A stretch of 37,829 nt of DNA from a virus (IMGVR_UViG_3300028145_000046:1-37829); one strand, 5' to 3'. Counted from the first letter of the stretch, positions 15,682-25,431 are shown. Notes: generated by a model not told the origin, from the sequence alone. Made by a program: numbers and translations.

Positions 15682-17309
15682 AGCAGAGACTCGGCGCCCT
15701 GCCCCATGTCCGCGAACCCGCCCCCATCCGATCCGCCCCCGGAGCGTGCGAAGCCAGGACTTTGGCCGCAAGGGATCTGGGAACAGGTCTGATCGGAGGA
15801 CCAACTCCGGCTCCCTGTCCACGGGATTGCATAGCAGCCGTCAAAGGTTACGTTGTCGTAGCAGGTTTCCGGCCTCCCCCCTGGCTCTTGGAACAGGCAG
15901 CACGCACCGCGCGGCGCACATATTTCCGGGGTGTCGCACGAAGTTCCGACGCCCTGAAACAGCCCATTCGCCGCCAAGCAATCTGCCGCATCGTGCATCT
16001 CACAGATGATCTGTGTGCCGGTGTTGATGCAACAGGCGCCGTCGGCGGGGCACTGAGTTTGATCGCACAAACCACCGTGAGGTATGCCACCGTGATTGAT
16101 GCAGTTGATCGAAGGAGTGTCCTCGCAGTGACCATCCGGGAAACAGCAGGCCGCGAGAGGACCGGAACAGGGGTTCGGCGTGCATGTACCGCCGGCCCCG
16201 AGAAACGTTCCACCCAGGTGAGCGCAATCGCTCGCCGTGGTTATCTGGCACGACTCACCAACACAACAGGCCCCGTTCACTTCCGGGCACGTCGGGTGCG
16301 CTGGGTTGCGGTCGCACTGAACCCCGTCGCCGCGGTAGACGCCCCGGCGAACAATCTGGCAAGACGCCTGGGTATCAATGACGCAACTGCCAGTCGGCTT
16401 GCAACATGCCCCAACGGGCGGGCATGACGCGGCGGCGCAGGTGGTCCCCTGTGTCCATCGCGTGCCCCGTTCCTGTTGGCACTGGAGGAGCGTGCGGCCT
16501 TCGCGGCAGTTCGACGGTGGATCGTTCGGAAATCCCTCGTAGGCCCCACAGCACGCCCCCACAGGAGGCGGCGCCGTCCCACACAGAGGCACCGCGCCCG
16601 CAAGGGACAGTGAATAGTCCTGGTTCCACAGGGCCGGGTCCATCGGCGGGGACGCCTCTTCGGAACCGAGCATGTAGGCTGGATAGGCACCCTTGACGCC
16701 CGTGAGAGTTGTCGGCGTCCCACAGTTCACAGGCGTCAAGCCGGGGTTCGTGCCGGGCAGGTAGTCGAATGGGCGTAGGCCGGAGAAGTACCAATCAATC
16801 GCCTGTTCGAGCGGGCGGAATCGGAGCGTACCCGGAAACTGGCCACCGAGCGAAGGATCGGCCACGGTCAGGATCGGATTGATGATCGCGTACCTTCTGA
16901 CTGAGAAGCTGATACAGAGCGGAACGTCGAATGTCTGTTCGCGCGTCGTGATTCGGAACGTGCCCACCTTGGGACCGAAGCCGATAGTCTCGTTTCCGCC
17001 AGGCGGAAAGTCATAAGACTTCATCCCCACAATCGGAGAGAGGAGCCTGATCGACACGACCCCGATCAAGTGCGACAGCGGCCCGGTATACCGCAGGTAG
17101 TACGCGCTTAGGTTCATCGTTGTCGCGGGCGTGGCCGAACACGCGGGCAGGCCGTTGGCATCCCCGATCCATCCATAGCAGTCGGCGAACAGCGATGGCT
17201 GTGGGTTGCAAACCAGATTAGTCGAGCAACAGCACGGCGCACCGCCAGCGTTCGTCAGTAGACGACGCGAGACGGCGACCAACCTCCTGCCGATACTGAG
17301 GATTCTCAC
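15678..17309 (-). CDS. Cys-rich virion or receptor-binding protein with six GACC-type repeats
   Basis: Six repeats of about 40-50 aa, [G/A]ACC-x-C-x-C-x-C-x-C, in the C-terminal half; N-terminal CCC. Confidence 0.8.
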   Translation of the reverse strand: MRILSIGRRLVAVSRRLLTNAGGAPCCCSTNLVCNPQPSLFADCYGWIGDANGLPACSATPATTMNLSAYYLRYTGPLSHLIGVVSIRLLSPIVGMKSYDFPPGGNETIGFGPKVGTFRITTREQTFDVPLCISFSVRRYAIINPILTVADPSLGGQFPGTLRFRPLEQAIDWYFSGLRPFDYLPGTNPGLTPVNCGTPTTLTGVKGAYPAYMLGSEEASPPMDPALWNQDYSLSLAGAVPLCGTAPPPVGACCGAYEGFPNDPPSNCREGRTLLQCQQERGTRWTQGTTCAAASCPPVGACCKPTGSCVIDTQASCQIVRRGVYRGDGVQCDRNPAHPTCPEVNGACCVGESCQITTASDCAHLGGTFLGAGGTCTPNPCSGPLAACCFPDGHCEDTPSINCINHGGIPHGGLCDQTQCPADGACCINTGTQIICEMHDAADCLAANGLFQGVGTSCDTPEICAPRGACCLFQEPGGRPETCYDNVTFDGCYAIPWTGSRSWSSDQTCSQIPCGQSPGFARSGGGSDGGGFADMGQGAESLL

Positions 17310-18151
17310 AAGGTAATGAATCCGATGTTGTAGTCATTCGTGATCGTGAGCGGCCCGCCGACGCGCGTTCCACGGTACACGGAGTTGGGCTTGCGGGTGC
17401 AGGTCGTGACCGTCGATAGGCGCCGCATCCTTGTTGTGTCGTGGATACCCGCGTTGTGGTTGAGTGTTGTGATCGGACCAGCGCGGTGATCGAACGTGCC
17501 ACCGTTGATCGCCACCGTTCCAGCGACAGCCAACTCGTAGTCGTAGATGACCGTTCCGCCGTTGATGGTGAGCGTTCCCGTCACGGCCCTCTTGAGCGTG
17601 TGTACGCCTCCCCAGACGGTCATATTTGTAATGTTGGTTGGGGTGGCCTGAACGTCTATGGTTGACGACCCGCCGTAGCCGTCGAAGTTCGTGATAACGC
17701 AGTTGGTGTTGACGTCGAGCAGACCGTTCTCGATGTGCATGAAAGAAACCGTCCCATTGGTCAGGAACAGTTTCGCGCCCGGCGAGTTCTGGAAGATGTT
17801 GTCTGTCGTCGTCGGCGCGGCGTTCGTGCAGTAGAGGTAGCACGAACCGCCGCCGGCAAAGTATTTGAAGTAGCCCTCGGTGTTGCCGCTGGACTTCTCA
17901 GCCGCTGATCCGTCCGACCATGCGTAGCGCAGTGGTGATGCCGCCGTGCCGATGTTGCCGCTGAATAGGCGCGCAACCTCGAATGACAGCCCGTACGCCA
18001 CCGCCGACTGATCTACGGCCGTGACGATGTTCTGGGTGCCATCGGGGATGAGAAGCTGACAGCCAGCCGCGAATCCGCTGCCGGCCGCACCACTGGCGAG
18101 CAGCCAGCTTGCGAGCGTTGTTGCCCCAGACGGGAGATATTCCTGAGCCAT
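17306..18151 (-). CDS. Beta-solenoid-like minor tail protein
   Basis: Repeated TLTINGGT/VAINGGT beta-strand motifs; tail module position. Confidence 0.7.
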   Translation of the reverse strand: MAQEYLPSGATTLASWLLASGAAGSGFAAGCQLLIPDGTQNIVTAVDQSAVAYGLSFEVARLFSGNIGTAASPLRYAWSDGSAAEKSSGNTEGYFKYFAGGGSCYLYCTNAAPTTTDNIFQNSPGAKLFLTNGTVSFMHIENGLLDVNTNCVITNFDGYGGSSTIDVQATPTNITNMTVWGGVHTLKRAVTGTLTINGGTVIYDYELAVAGTVAINGGTFDHRAGPITTLNHNAGIHDTTRMRRLSTVTTCTRKPNSVYRGTRVGGPLTITNDYNIGFITL

Positions 18152-18169
18152 TTGTTGCGTTCCTTTCGG

Positions 18170-19486
18170 TTATGAGTATTCGTCGATGACAATGATTCCG
18201 TCCGCTCCAGCGCCGCCGGCCTGGGCCGCTCCGTTGGATACCGACACGCCGCCGCCTCCACCCGAGCCGTTCCCGTTCGCGGCGTTGCCGTCCCCCTGGG
18301 TCGATCTTGACTTTCCTCCTGTCCCGAAGTTGCTCGGCGCGCCTGCTCCAGAAAGACCGATAGCGGTCGTGAATCGGTAGGCGTTGCCGCCCGTAGCGCC
18401 CTGTGTGTTCACATCGCCATTGGTTGAGGCGGTCGCTGGTCCGCCACCGGCCTGGACCGCGTTCGTTGTGCCCACGGCCATTGCTATGCCGCCCGTGCCG
18501 CCTGGGGCCGTATAGGTTGTTCCACCGACAATGAGCGTCGTGTTCGCTCCGACTGTTCCATTAGCTCCGGCGCTCGCCCCGCTCCCGCCCGCGCCCTGCA
18601 CGTAGGCGTATGAGGTAGAAGGGCTGACGTTGATGGTGGCGAATAGGACTGAGCCAGCGGCGCCGCCACTGCCCATTGATCCACCCGTGCCCGTGGCCGC
18701 TCCACCGCCCTGTCCGCCCGCGCCCTGTAGAAACACCTGTATCTTGTTCGTGCTGGCTCCGGTCGCGAAGTTTCCACTTGATCCTCCACCAGTCTTATAG
18801 ATCGTCCGCCCGAGCCACAGGCCCGACGATGTTCCACTCCCCGCGTACGCCTGCGGACGTTTGACCACCATCCGCTGGAGCGTGATGGTATTCGAGCTGC
18901 TAGATGTGCCCCAGTTGATTGTGACCGTCATCGCCTCGCTGACGGAAAGGTCTACCGACACGGGTCCGCCGCTGTTGGCTTCCTGCTGACCGAGATCAGC
19001 ACCTGCCGCTGTCGTGAACCGCATTTGGCCATTGGCCTGAACTGCCCCGCCCGCTCCTATCGCCGTAACGGTCAGGCCCATCCACGCTGTCCATCCCTGA
19101 TTCGTTACGCTTCCTATCAGCGCCGATATTGTGCCTGTGTCGAGGATCGTCGTGCTGCCCAGTTTGAGTTTGCCGCGGATGGTCGGAGCCACCAGCGCCG
19201 TGCTGTAAATGCCGTCCAGTTCAATCTCGATGGTGTCGCCGACCGCGAGTCCGTTGGCCGGGATCGTGTATGACGACGTGAACGCCACATCGCTCCCCGA
19301 TTGGTTGGCGATGGTGTTTCCGCCTGGAATGCTCGTATTGGCGAAGGCAACACTCCCGCCGGCACCGGCAGGTCCCTGCGAACCCGTGGCACCAGACGAT
19401 CCATTCGCGCCGGTCGCGCCGGTTGATCCCTGCGGTCCTGTCGGACCCTGTGGTCCGATAATCGCTTTGTCATAGTACCCGCTCAA
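18170..19486 (-). CDS. Tail fibre-like protein with collagen (G-X-Y) repeat and C-terminal glycine-rich domain
   Basis: GPQGPTGPQGSTGATGANGSSGATGSQGPAG; GAGGQGG...GSGGGGG...GAGADGIIVIDEY. Confidence 0.8.
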   Translation of the reverse strand: MSGYYDKAIIGPQGPTGPQGSTGATGANGSSGATGSQGPAGAGGSVAFANTSIPGGNTIANQSGSDVAFTSSYTIPANGLAVGDTIEIELDGIYSTALVAPTIRGKLKLGSTTILDTGTISALIGSVTNQGWTAWMGLTVTAIGAGGAVQANGQMRFTTAAGADLGQQEANSGGPVSVDLSVSEAMTVTINWGTSSSSNTITLQRMVVKRPQAYAGSGTSSGLWLGRTIYKTGGGSSGNFATGASTNKIQVFLQGAGGQGGGAATGTGGSMGSGGAAGSVLFATINVSPSTSYAYVQGAGGSGASAGANGTVGANTTLIVGGTTYTAPGGTGGIAMAVGTTNAVQAGGGPATASTNGDVNTQGATGGNAYRFTTAIGLSGAGAPSNFGTGGKSRSTQGDGNAANGNGSGGGGGVSVSNGAAQAGGAGADGIIVIDEYS

Positions 19487-19842
19487 GTGGTGATCCCCTG
19501 AGCGATATTGCTGGGCTTGAGGTCGATGATGATGTCCGCGTACGAAGCCTCTGCCGTCGTCACTTCCACCGTCAGATACGCAGCCTCAACCGCGAGCAGA
19601 CCAGAGGCAGGGGCCGACGCCGTGAGCGAAACAACTGTCGAGTAGTCCGCCCCGGCCTGCCACGGCGCCGATGTCTTCCGCACCTTCAGCACAGCCGCAG
19701 ACCACGTACTGCCGCCCTGGACCCCCACAGCCCGCACAGAGGCTACGTCATACCCCTGTGTCGGCACGATGCCCGTGCTTCCGTCGAACGCCTGCACGAT
19801 CCCCGCGACGTTCAGGCTGCACTTGGAGAGGGTGACGATCAT
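19483..19842 (-). CDS. Small beta-sandwich-type virion protein
   Basis: AGGAGG RBS, ATGA overlap; beta-rich composition. Confidence 0.65.
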   Translation of the reverse strand: MIVTLSKCSLNVAGIVQAFDGSTGIVPTQGYDVASVRAVGVQGGSTWSAAVLKVRKTSAPWQAGADYSTVVSLTASAPASGLLAVEAAYLTVEVTTAEASYADIIIDLKPSNIAQGITT

Positions 19843-20219
19843 TGCGGGGTGCCTCCTGACGCCTGCCCGGTCTGTGAAGCCGATCCGCCCATCGTCTGGA
19901 ATGGAGGAGAGGGAATCTGCCGCTCGCCTCCGAATGTCTCGCCGAACGATCCGCCGCAGGGTCCGAAGTCTGGCAGTTCTCGGAAGTCCCAGTAGTAGAA
20001 ACTGGCGCAACGCCAACCCCGAACCCGCGTCCCATTCGCCACCGCCCGCACATTGAGGGTGTCGGTCCACCGTTCGATGCTCGGGCGTTGCCCCGCGAGG
20101 CGCACGACGCCGCCACTGGGCATCTGCATGTCGATGGTGTAGGTGATGCCGCTCGCCGGGCCCGGACTGATGCCCTGATGCGAGACGATCCGGCCCGATA
20201 TATCTTCGTCTTCAACCAA
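19839..20219 (-). CDS. Hypothetical tail protein (probable TTG start)
   Basis: GGAG 9 nt before TTG at 20219; stop coupled to the next gene. Confidence 0.55.
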   Translation of the reverse strand: MVEDEDISGRIVSHQGISPGPASGITYTIDMQMPSGGVVRLAGQRPSIERWTDTLNVRAVANGTRVRGWRCASFYYWDFRELPDFGPCGGSFGETFGGERQIPSPPFQTMGGSASQTGQASGGTPQ

Positions 20220-21093
20220 GGTTCGGTACTCCGGGCAGGGTTTGCCACCCCTGTTGGTCGATCTGGTATTCGGATATTGCGACACTGGCGAACATGCCAT
20301 CAACGAAGTCGAAGCCGAGAGGATACGCGCCGATACTCGGGTCTTCTGGGGCGGACGGTTCTAGCTTCGTGTATGGATTTCGCAAGAATCCATTATTAGC
20401 ATCTGACGGCCTCAGAAGAACAAAGCCCGGATGATCTCCCGCTGGACCGATGGCAGGAAGCGGAGTGCCTTCGTCCAACTCCCATTCATAGTTGAGTTCA
20501 AATGTCGTCTCATTCAGGCGGCGAACGCAGTTCGGAGGGGCTGTGAATCGGTAGTATGTTCCTTGTATGAGATGCAGACTGTTGTTCTGTTTCCTGATCG
20601 GATCGAACACGCGAGTATTGTTGCCGCTGATCGTGTAGATGATGCGGAGAGGACGTAACAGACGGTCCTCGTTTATCTCATATTCCCCGAGCGTCCATAC
20701 CGCCTTGGTTGGAGCAGGGTTGGGGTTATCCGCGTCCGCGTTGATGAACCCGACCACGTTCAGAGGCAGTTTGATCTTCACCGGCCGGAACGCCCATCCC
20801 CAATCCAGAGCCGTCGCGTTGCTCAGCACATGGAAGTGCGAGTCCGCCAGGTTGTCATAGAACGCCGTAATCATCGTGGACCCCTGGCCGTTGGGGTTCG
20901 TGCGGATGTTGCGGCAGATCAGCGTCGGGTAATCGGGGTGGACCGTGTTCGTTTTGGGCGCGTCGTCGGCGGCAAGGGCGGCGATGGGGCTGGCCGTGGG
21001 GCAAAAGAACACCCGCTCAGCACTCTTCGCGTTGGTGCTGGTCTCCGTGTAGGACTTCGAGTAGTTGAGTTGCTCAATCGCGCGGAGCGCCAC
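20212..21093 (-). CDS. Distal tail / tail-tip protein
   Basis: Immediately after the tape measure; GGAGG RBS; HPDYP.L.C motif. Confidence 0.65.
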   Translation of the reverse strand: MALRAIEQLNYSKSYTETSTNAKSAERVFFCPTASPIAALAADDAPKTNTVHPDYPTLICRNIRTNPNGQGSTMITAFYDNLADSHFHVLSNATALDWGWAFRPVKIKLPLNVVGFINADADNPNPAPTKAVWTLGEYEINEDRLLRPLRIIYTISGNNTRVFDPIRKQNNSLHLIQGTYYRFTAPPNCVRRLNETTFELNYEWELDEGTPLPAIGPAGDHPGFVLLRPSDANNGFLRNPYTKLEPSAPEDPSIGAYPLGFDFVDGMFASVAISEYQIDQQGWQTLPGVPNLG

Positions 21094-22100
21094 TATCTGT
21101 CCCTCCGGTTGGTGGACATGACGCGGAGGATGTCACCGAGGTTGTTGATAGAGGAAACGAGGTCGGAGGAGCCGAGGAACTTGTTGGCGGCGTCGATTAT
21201 TTGGTCATAGATGGCCTTGACCCTCTTTGCATTGTCGATGGCCCTCTTCTCCATCCTTTCCTCAAACTCTTCCCTGGCGTCAAAATTCTCCTGCCTAATC
21301 TTGATCTTACGTTGACGCTCGGCATCCTCTTCTGCCAAGGTCTTATCAAACTCAGCCTTACGTCGCTTGCCCCATTCGTCCCAATAAGCCTTCGTGTTCT
21401 CGTCGTCCTCTTTCTTTTCTGCTTCTGCAAGCAGGCGGGCACGGGTCTTGGCGCTGCGTTCCGCGATTGCAACGTCGGAATCGGCGGCCTCTTGCTGCGC
21501 CTCTTTCAGCGCGTCCCTTGGATTCTTGCCGGTAACGGCCCACTTCCACAGGAACGACACCGGGTCGCTGTGCGTTTCTTCGGCTTCCTTGGCGATGCTC
21601 TCACGTATCTTCCCGCGAGCCTCCTTTGCCGCCTTGTCAACCTCTTCGAGCTGCTTTTCCAGTGCCGACTTGGTGCCGCCCATTTCTGAGGTGATCTTCT
21701 GAAACCCTGCCTCAATCTCTCCGAGCGTGGCGGCGAATCGTTCGGCCGCGATGCTGGCATTGCCGATCTCCTCGCCGATCTTCTTCGCCTCAGCCAGCAG
21801 AATCGCGGGAATCGCAAGGTGTCCGAGCAGCCTATGGAACTGTGTCAGTTTGTGGATATTCTCGCCGATGGCCTCCCCAACGGCTGCTTGTTCTCCCACT
21901 ACTGGGCTTGATCCGCCCGCCGAGCCGCCGGCAGATCCAGCACCGGGACCTGCCCCACCGGCCGCCCTTGCCGCCACCTCTGTCTCTTTGACCGACGCGA
22001 CAACTTGAGCCTTCGCCGCCTCCATCTCAGGCTTGATGGCGTCTTTGTTGACGTGCAGGTCGATCCGCGCTGAGCCGATAGGTGCGCCGTTATCGGGCAT
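21093..22100 (-). CDS. Tape measure protein (short, about 335 aa)
   Basis: IGSARIDLHVN N-terminus, Ala/Glu/Lys-rich helical sequence, position after the tail tube. Confidence 0.75.
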   Translation of the reverse strand: MPDNGAPIGSARIDLHVNKDAIKPEMEAAKAQVVASVKETEVAARAAGGAGPGAGSAGGSAGGSSPVVGEQAAVGEAIGENIHKLTQFHRLLGHLAIPAILLAEAKKIGEEIGNASIAAERFAATLGEIEAGFQKITSEMGGTKSALEKQLEEVDKAAKEARGKIRESIAKEAEETHSDPVSFLWKWAVTGKNPRDALKEAQQEAADSDVAIAERSAKTRARLLAEAEKKEDDENTKAYWDEWGKRRKAEFDKTLAEEDAERQRKIKIRQENFDAREEFEERMEKRAIDNAKRVKAIYDQIIDAANKFLGSSDLVSSINNLGDILRVMSTNRRDR

Positions 22101-22168
22101 GCGCCACCCCCGCGTTTGCAAACGGGTCGGTATTGATTCTGCGCGGCCGCGTGGTCACACTGATGGGT

Positions 22169-22300
22169 ATGCAAAAGTCACCCCAGAGCGTGCCGGAGAA
22201 GGCAGCGGACGCAGTGATATGGACCGTTGCGGCGATCATCGCCGTGCCGCTACTGGTGGGGGCCGTTGTGTTCGCTGCCGCAGTCCTGTTTTTGAAGTAG
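22169..22300 (+). CDS. Antisense 43-aa single-pass membrane protein (moron) with its own promoter
   Basis: MQKSPQSVPEKAADAVIWTVAAIIAVPLLVGAVVFAAAVLFLK; TTGATT-N17-CACACT at 22133-22161. Confidence 0.65.
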   Translation: MQKSPQSVPEKAADAVIWTVAAIIAVPLLVGAVVFAAAVLFLK

Positions 22301-22323
22301 CCGACACACAAAGCCCATCTCCC

Positions 22324-23220
22324 TTACGCCGCCACCATCGCGTCCGACACCTGGAGCGCCGCCATGACCTTGAGCGGCTGCCCGACATTGAAGTCGATCT
22401 TGAGGTTCCGCAGGAAACAGGACGCCGTGTAGGTCCGGCCCGTGTAGGCGGTGAATGTGCAAACAACGTCCGGCACGCCGTCACCCGTGGTGTCCCAAGC
22501 GGACGGGCCGATGGCGCCGACCGATAGCAACGCAGGCAGGGTTGAACCCGCAGCCGATACCGTCAGGTCCCCGTCGCCTACGAAGTCGTAAGCCGCCTCG
22601 ACCAGCACTCCGCGGGGATCGACGCTGAATCGGGGACCACGCGGCACGATGATGTTGCCGGTGAACCCCGGATCGGTCCCGTCCTCTGTGAGCTTGAACG
22701 TCGCCGCCGTGCCGCCCGATCCGGGAGTTTGGTTGGTCGCGCCGGGGATCGTGAGGGCCACACCGCTGGAGTGCCGCGATGTCCACGATCCCCGCCATGA
22801 CACCACGCCAGATGGCATGAAGCGACGGGCCGCAATAGCCGTCCCGTCCATGCCCGTGATGTCGATGGCCCCGTACTCAATCTCAAGAGAGAACTGGGCC
22901 ACGTTGTAGACGCTTCCGGCGCCGTAGGTGATGAGCGATGAGTTTCCGAGCCGCGGCGTCGTAGCCGTCGCGGCGCTCAGGATCTTCGGGTACAACCCCT
23001 CAACCTCAATCGTCGCCTCTGCCAGCCCCAGAATATAGGCCCGCGAGTTGACTGTCGCAGCCGTATTGCCTGTCACCTCCTGCTCTGGCGCGTCCGCGTT
23101 GATAGTGAACTTCTGCACCCGCACCGTGCCGGTCGTGGGAGATGTGCCGAACAGGGTGAGCAACTCACTCGCCCCCGAAACGCTCACCGCGATCTTGTTG
23201 CCCGTGATTGGGAATGCCAT
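22324..23220 (-). CDS. Major tail tube protein (apparently two tandem tube-like domains)
   Basis: Repeated F(T/S)(I/L)...(E/D)(V/I)TG...R.(Y/F) segments; position between tail terminator and tape measure. Confidence 0.75.
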   Translation of the reverse strand: MAFPITGNKIAVSVSGASELLTLFGTSPTTGTVRVQKFTINADAPEQEVTGNTAATVNSRAYILGLAEATIEVEGLYPKILSAATATTPRLGNSSLITYGAGSVYNVAQFSLEIEYGAIDITGMDGTAIAARRFMPSGVVSWRGSWTSRHSSGVALTIPGATNQTPGSGGTAATFKLTEDGTDPGFTGNIIVPRGPRFSVDPRGVLVEAAYDFVGDGDLTVSAAGSTLPALLSVGAIGPSAWDTTGDGVPDVVCTFTAYTGRTYTASCFLRNLKIDFNVGQPLKVMAALQVSDAMVAA

Positions 23221-23229
23221 TGGCCGCTC

Positions 23230-23715
23230 CTACAGGTTGACAGCCGACGCGGACGCGCGGCCCTTGAATACCACATTTCCTACGAGGTACACGCCGTCAG
23301 GGGCGATGTGCGCGGACACCCGCGTCATTTGGGTGGCCGTCGCCGTGAGTGTGTTAGTGGGCAGAACAAGCAGGTGGTTATGGAACCCGTAGGTCGGGAC
23401 GCCGTTCGATCCGGTCACAAGAACCGAGTCGCCAGTGAGACGATCAATCACAATCTCCAAGTTGTCGGTTGCGGATCGGCTGTTCTCGTTGGCCGTGAAT
23501 GTGACGTTGAAATCGCAACCCATCGCCCCCTGCGCGTGATCGTCGATGATGTCCACTTCCCAGATCAGGTACGGGTTGGTGAACGACTCGGGCGCACCCA
23601 GGTTGTAGTTGGCCCCGGTGATGTACTTGTAGCCCGGACCCGAGTACAGGCCGCCGGTGCCGGTGTCGGCCTGAATACGGCTCAGGATGGCGCGGGATAT
23701 GACGCAGGGATTCAA
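23230..23715 (-). CDS. Tail completion / terminator protein
   Basis: TTG start with AGGAG RBS, TTGA overlap; AILSRIQAD...PYLIW pattern. Confidence 0.65.
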   Translation of the reverse strand: MNPCVISRAILSRIQADTGTGGLYSGPGYKYITGANYNLGAPESFTNPYLIWEVDIIDDHAQGAMGCDFNVTFTANENSRSATDNLEIVIDRLTGDSVLVTGSNGVPTYGFHNHLLVLPTNTLTATATQMTRVSAHIAPDGVYLVGNVVFKGRASASAVNL

Positions 23716-24395
23716 GTGATGGCGCTCCTGATCCCCCTGCGGACAATCGCGGCGGCGCCAAGGTTGAACTGGTTGAGGATATGAGCCTTGTTCTTGTTCA
23801 GTGCCGGCAGCGCCCATGGGCGGGCGGGGAGCTTGATCGACCGTTTCAGGACGAACACAGGGACGCCGTTCAAGGCCCCCGCGCCGCGCTGGATCGCGAT
23901 GCTCCGCCTGCCGCCCTGATTCCCTACCAATAGCGGCGGCTTGCCCTTCCTGGGAATGACGTGGAGTTGCACGCCCGAGTACCGCAAGCCCGGCGAACGT
24001 GACCAACTGGTGCCGCTCACGCCGTTGTAGTAGGTCGTGGCCGATCCGAACTTCTCCAAGAGACGCTGCGCCGCGGCGTTGACCGGGATCGGAAGCATCT
24101 TGGTGTTCTTGGCGGTAATGACCCCGCCACGCTCCTGGGTCAAGGCATATCCGATCCCGCTTCCCGCCGCGGCCTTGAGGTCTACCCCTTGGGTGCCGTG
24201 AATCGAGTTGCGGAGTCCGCCGCGCTGCACATTTGGCGGTGATCCTGGCGCGGAGGCTGTACGCGGGGCACCCTTGCTCATGCCCTCTTTCATCTTCTCA
24301 GACAGAGCGCCGGCGGCACGGGTCAGGCCCTTGTTGCACGCCTCTAGCACGAGTGCGGTGAACTGCGGCAGCTTGTCGAACGTCACCTGTGCCAT
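23712..24395 (-). CDS. Neck / virion morphogenesis protein (HK97 gp10-like)
   Basis: SAPGSPPNVQRGGLRNSI, YALTQERGG, IKLPARPWALPA. Confidence 0.8.
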   Translation of the reverse strand: MAQVTFDKLPQFTALVLEACNKGLTRAAGALSEKMKEGMSKGAPRTASAPGSPPNVQRGGLRNSIHGTQGVDLKAAAGSGIGYALTQERGGVITAKNTKMLPIPVNAAAQRLLEKFGSATTYYNGVSGTSWSRSPGLRYSGVQLHVIPRKGKPPLLVGNQGGRRSIAIQRGAGALNGVPVFVLKRSIKLPARPWALPALNKNKAHILNQFNLGAAAIVRRGIRSAIT

Positions 24396-24751
24396 TACGT
24401 GTCCCTCTGCATGATGCAGTGAAGAACCGCGTCCTCAGAACACAGGTTCAGGGGTTCACCAATCATCCGGTACGTCACTCCTCCAATGGTCACGCGGCTG
24501 GCGTGGTTCAAAGCCGACGTGGTTGCGGCTCCACTGCTTAGAACTGGGTCCATATAAACGTCGTAGGTCGTCACCCCCATTTCTCGCTGGAGTTGGAGGC
24601 TGTTGCTAGACGTTCCGGGCTGGAATGAACACTTGGCGGTCGGGGCTGCCGAAGCAGTGTAGATCGTCTTGGGCGATCCATCGGTGTTCGTGCTGGGCGT
24701 TGGAACCAGGATCGTCGCCGTCTGCTTCATCAAGTGGCGGGGTACATTCAT
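24395..24751 (-). CDS. Head closure (stopper) protein
   Basis: Size, position, RVTIGGVTYRMIG. Confidence 0.7.
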   Translation of the reverse strand: MNVPRHLMKQTATILVPTPSTNTDGSPKTIYTASAAPTAKCSFQPGTSSNSLQLQREMGVTTYDVYMDPVLSSGAATTSALNHASRVTIGGVTYRMIGEPLNLCSEDAVLHCIMQRDT

Positions 24752-25422
24752 GGCACCCCCGTCATGTAGGGGCGCATCAGATCATTCAACTCAGACCGCC
24801 ACTCAGAATCGTCCTTCAGTTCATAGGCGTATGCCCCGATCCGCTCGGACTTGAAGGCGCCGCTCGCCTGTTTCTGCTTGAGTTGATCCACCCAGCGGTA
24901 AATCACATACTTGAGTCCGGCCGGGATCGTGGTATAGCCGCCGGTGTAGGTCACTGTGAAGTTTTGAATGCCCGCCGTCCACGAGGGCGAGGTCTCCCAT
25001 GAGTCGCGTGGGTAGATCGACCTGTTGCGCGGCCACGACCCCACGGAGGACCATGTTACCGCGGCGGCGAACCGGCCCGAGATAGCTCCGAGTTTGGCGA
25101 CGATCCCCGTCTTGGCGTCTTCGATCCGATACTCGCTGCTATCAATCGTCTGTGTGCTGCCGTCGTCTGCGGTCTGCACGATGGACGCCACGGAGGTTAC
25201 CGGGTACTCCCTCAGTTGCAGGCGCTCGGTGTCATTGCCGTCGTATGCCTCGGTGCGAGCAACCGACGAGAACCCGTCGTCAAGGCTCCTGCCCGCATAC
25301 CGGCGGACCGCTTCCGTGGCCGCGTCGATCATCGGCTGCAACTGCGCATCACGGGTCGCGTCGGTCGTGGTGATCCCGGCGTAGGCTTTGTACTCCGCGA
25401 GCGTGATGAGGGCGGTTGTCAC
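24748..25422 (-). CDS. Head-tail connector (adaptor) protein
   Basis: LITLAEYKAYAGI...D.QL..MIDAAT; VTYTGGYTTIPAGL; KSERIGAYAY. Confidence 0.85.
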   Translation of the reverse strand: MTTALITLAEYKAYAGITTTDATRDAQLQPMIDAATEAVRRYAGRSLDDGFSSVARTEAYDGNDTERLQLREYPVTSVASIVQTADDGSTQTIDSSEYRIEDAKTGIVAKLGAISGRFAAAVTWSSVGSWPRNRSIYPRDSWETSPSWTAGIQNFTVTYTGGYTTIPAGLKYVIYRWVDQLKQKQASGAFKSERIGAYAYELKDDSEWRSELNDLMRPYMTGVP

Positions 25423-25431
25423 GGGCGGGCC

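Noticed and set aside
13289-17309. Diversity-generating retroelement acting on the AAC-rich or Cys-rich tail genes
   Set aside because: No reverse transcriptase and no near-identical TR/VR pair differing at adenines was seen; AAC richness fits beta-helix Asn ladders
19748-20248. ORF MANPARSTEPW... as the tail gene
   Set aside because: Arg/Ser-rich shadow frame; the 19839 frame has an RBS and coupled stop
22090-22311. Minus-strand ORF as tail assembly chaperone
   Set aside because: It is the antisense reading of the membrane moron, with no RBS, chaperone-like composition or slippery heptamer
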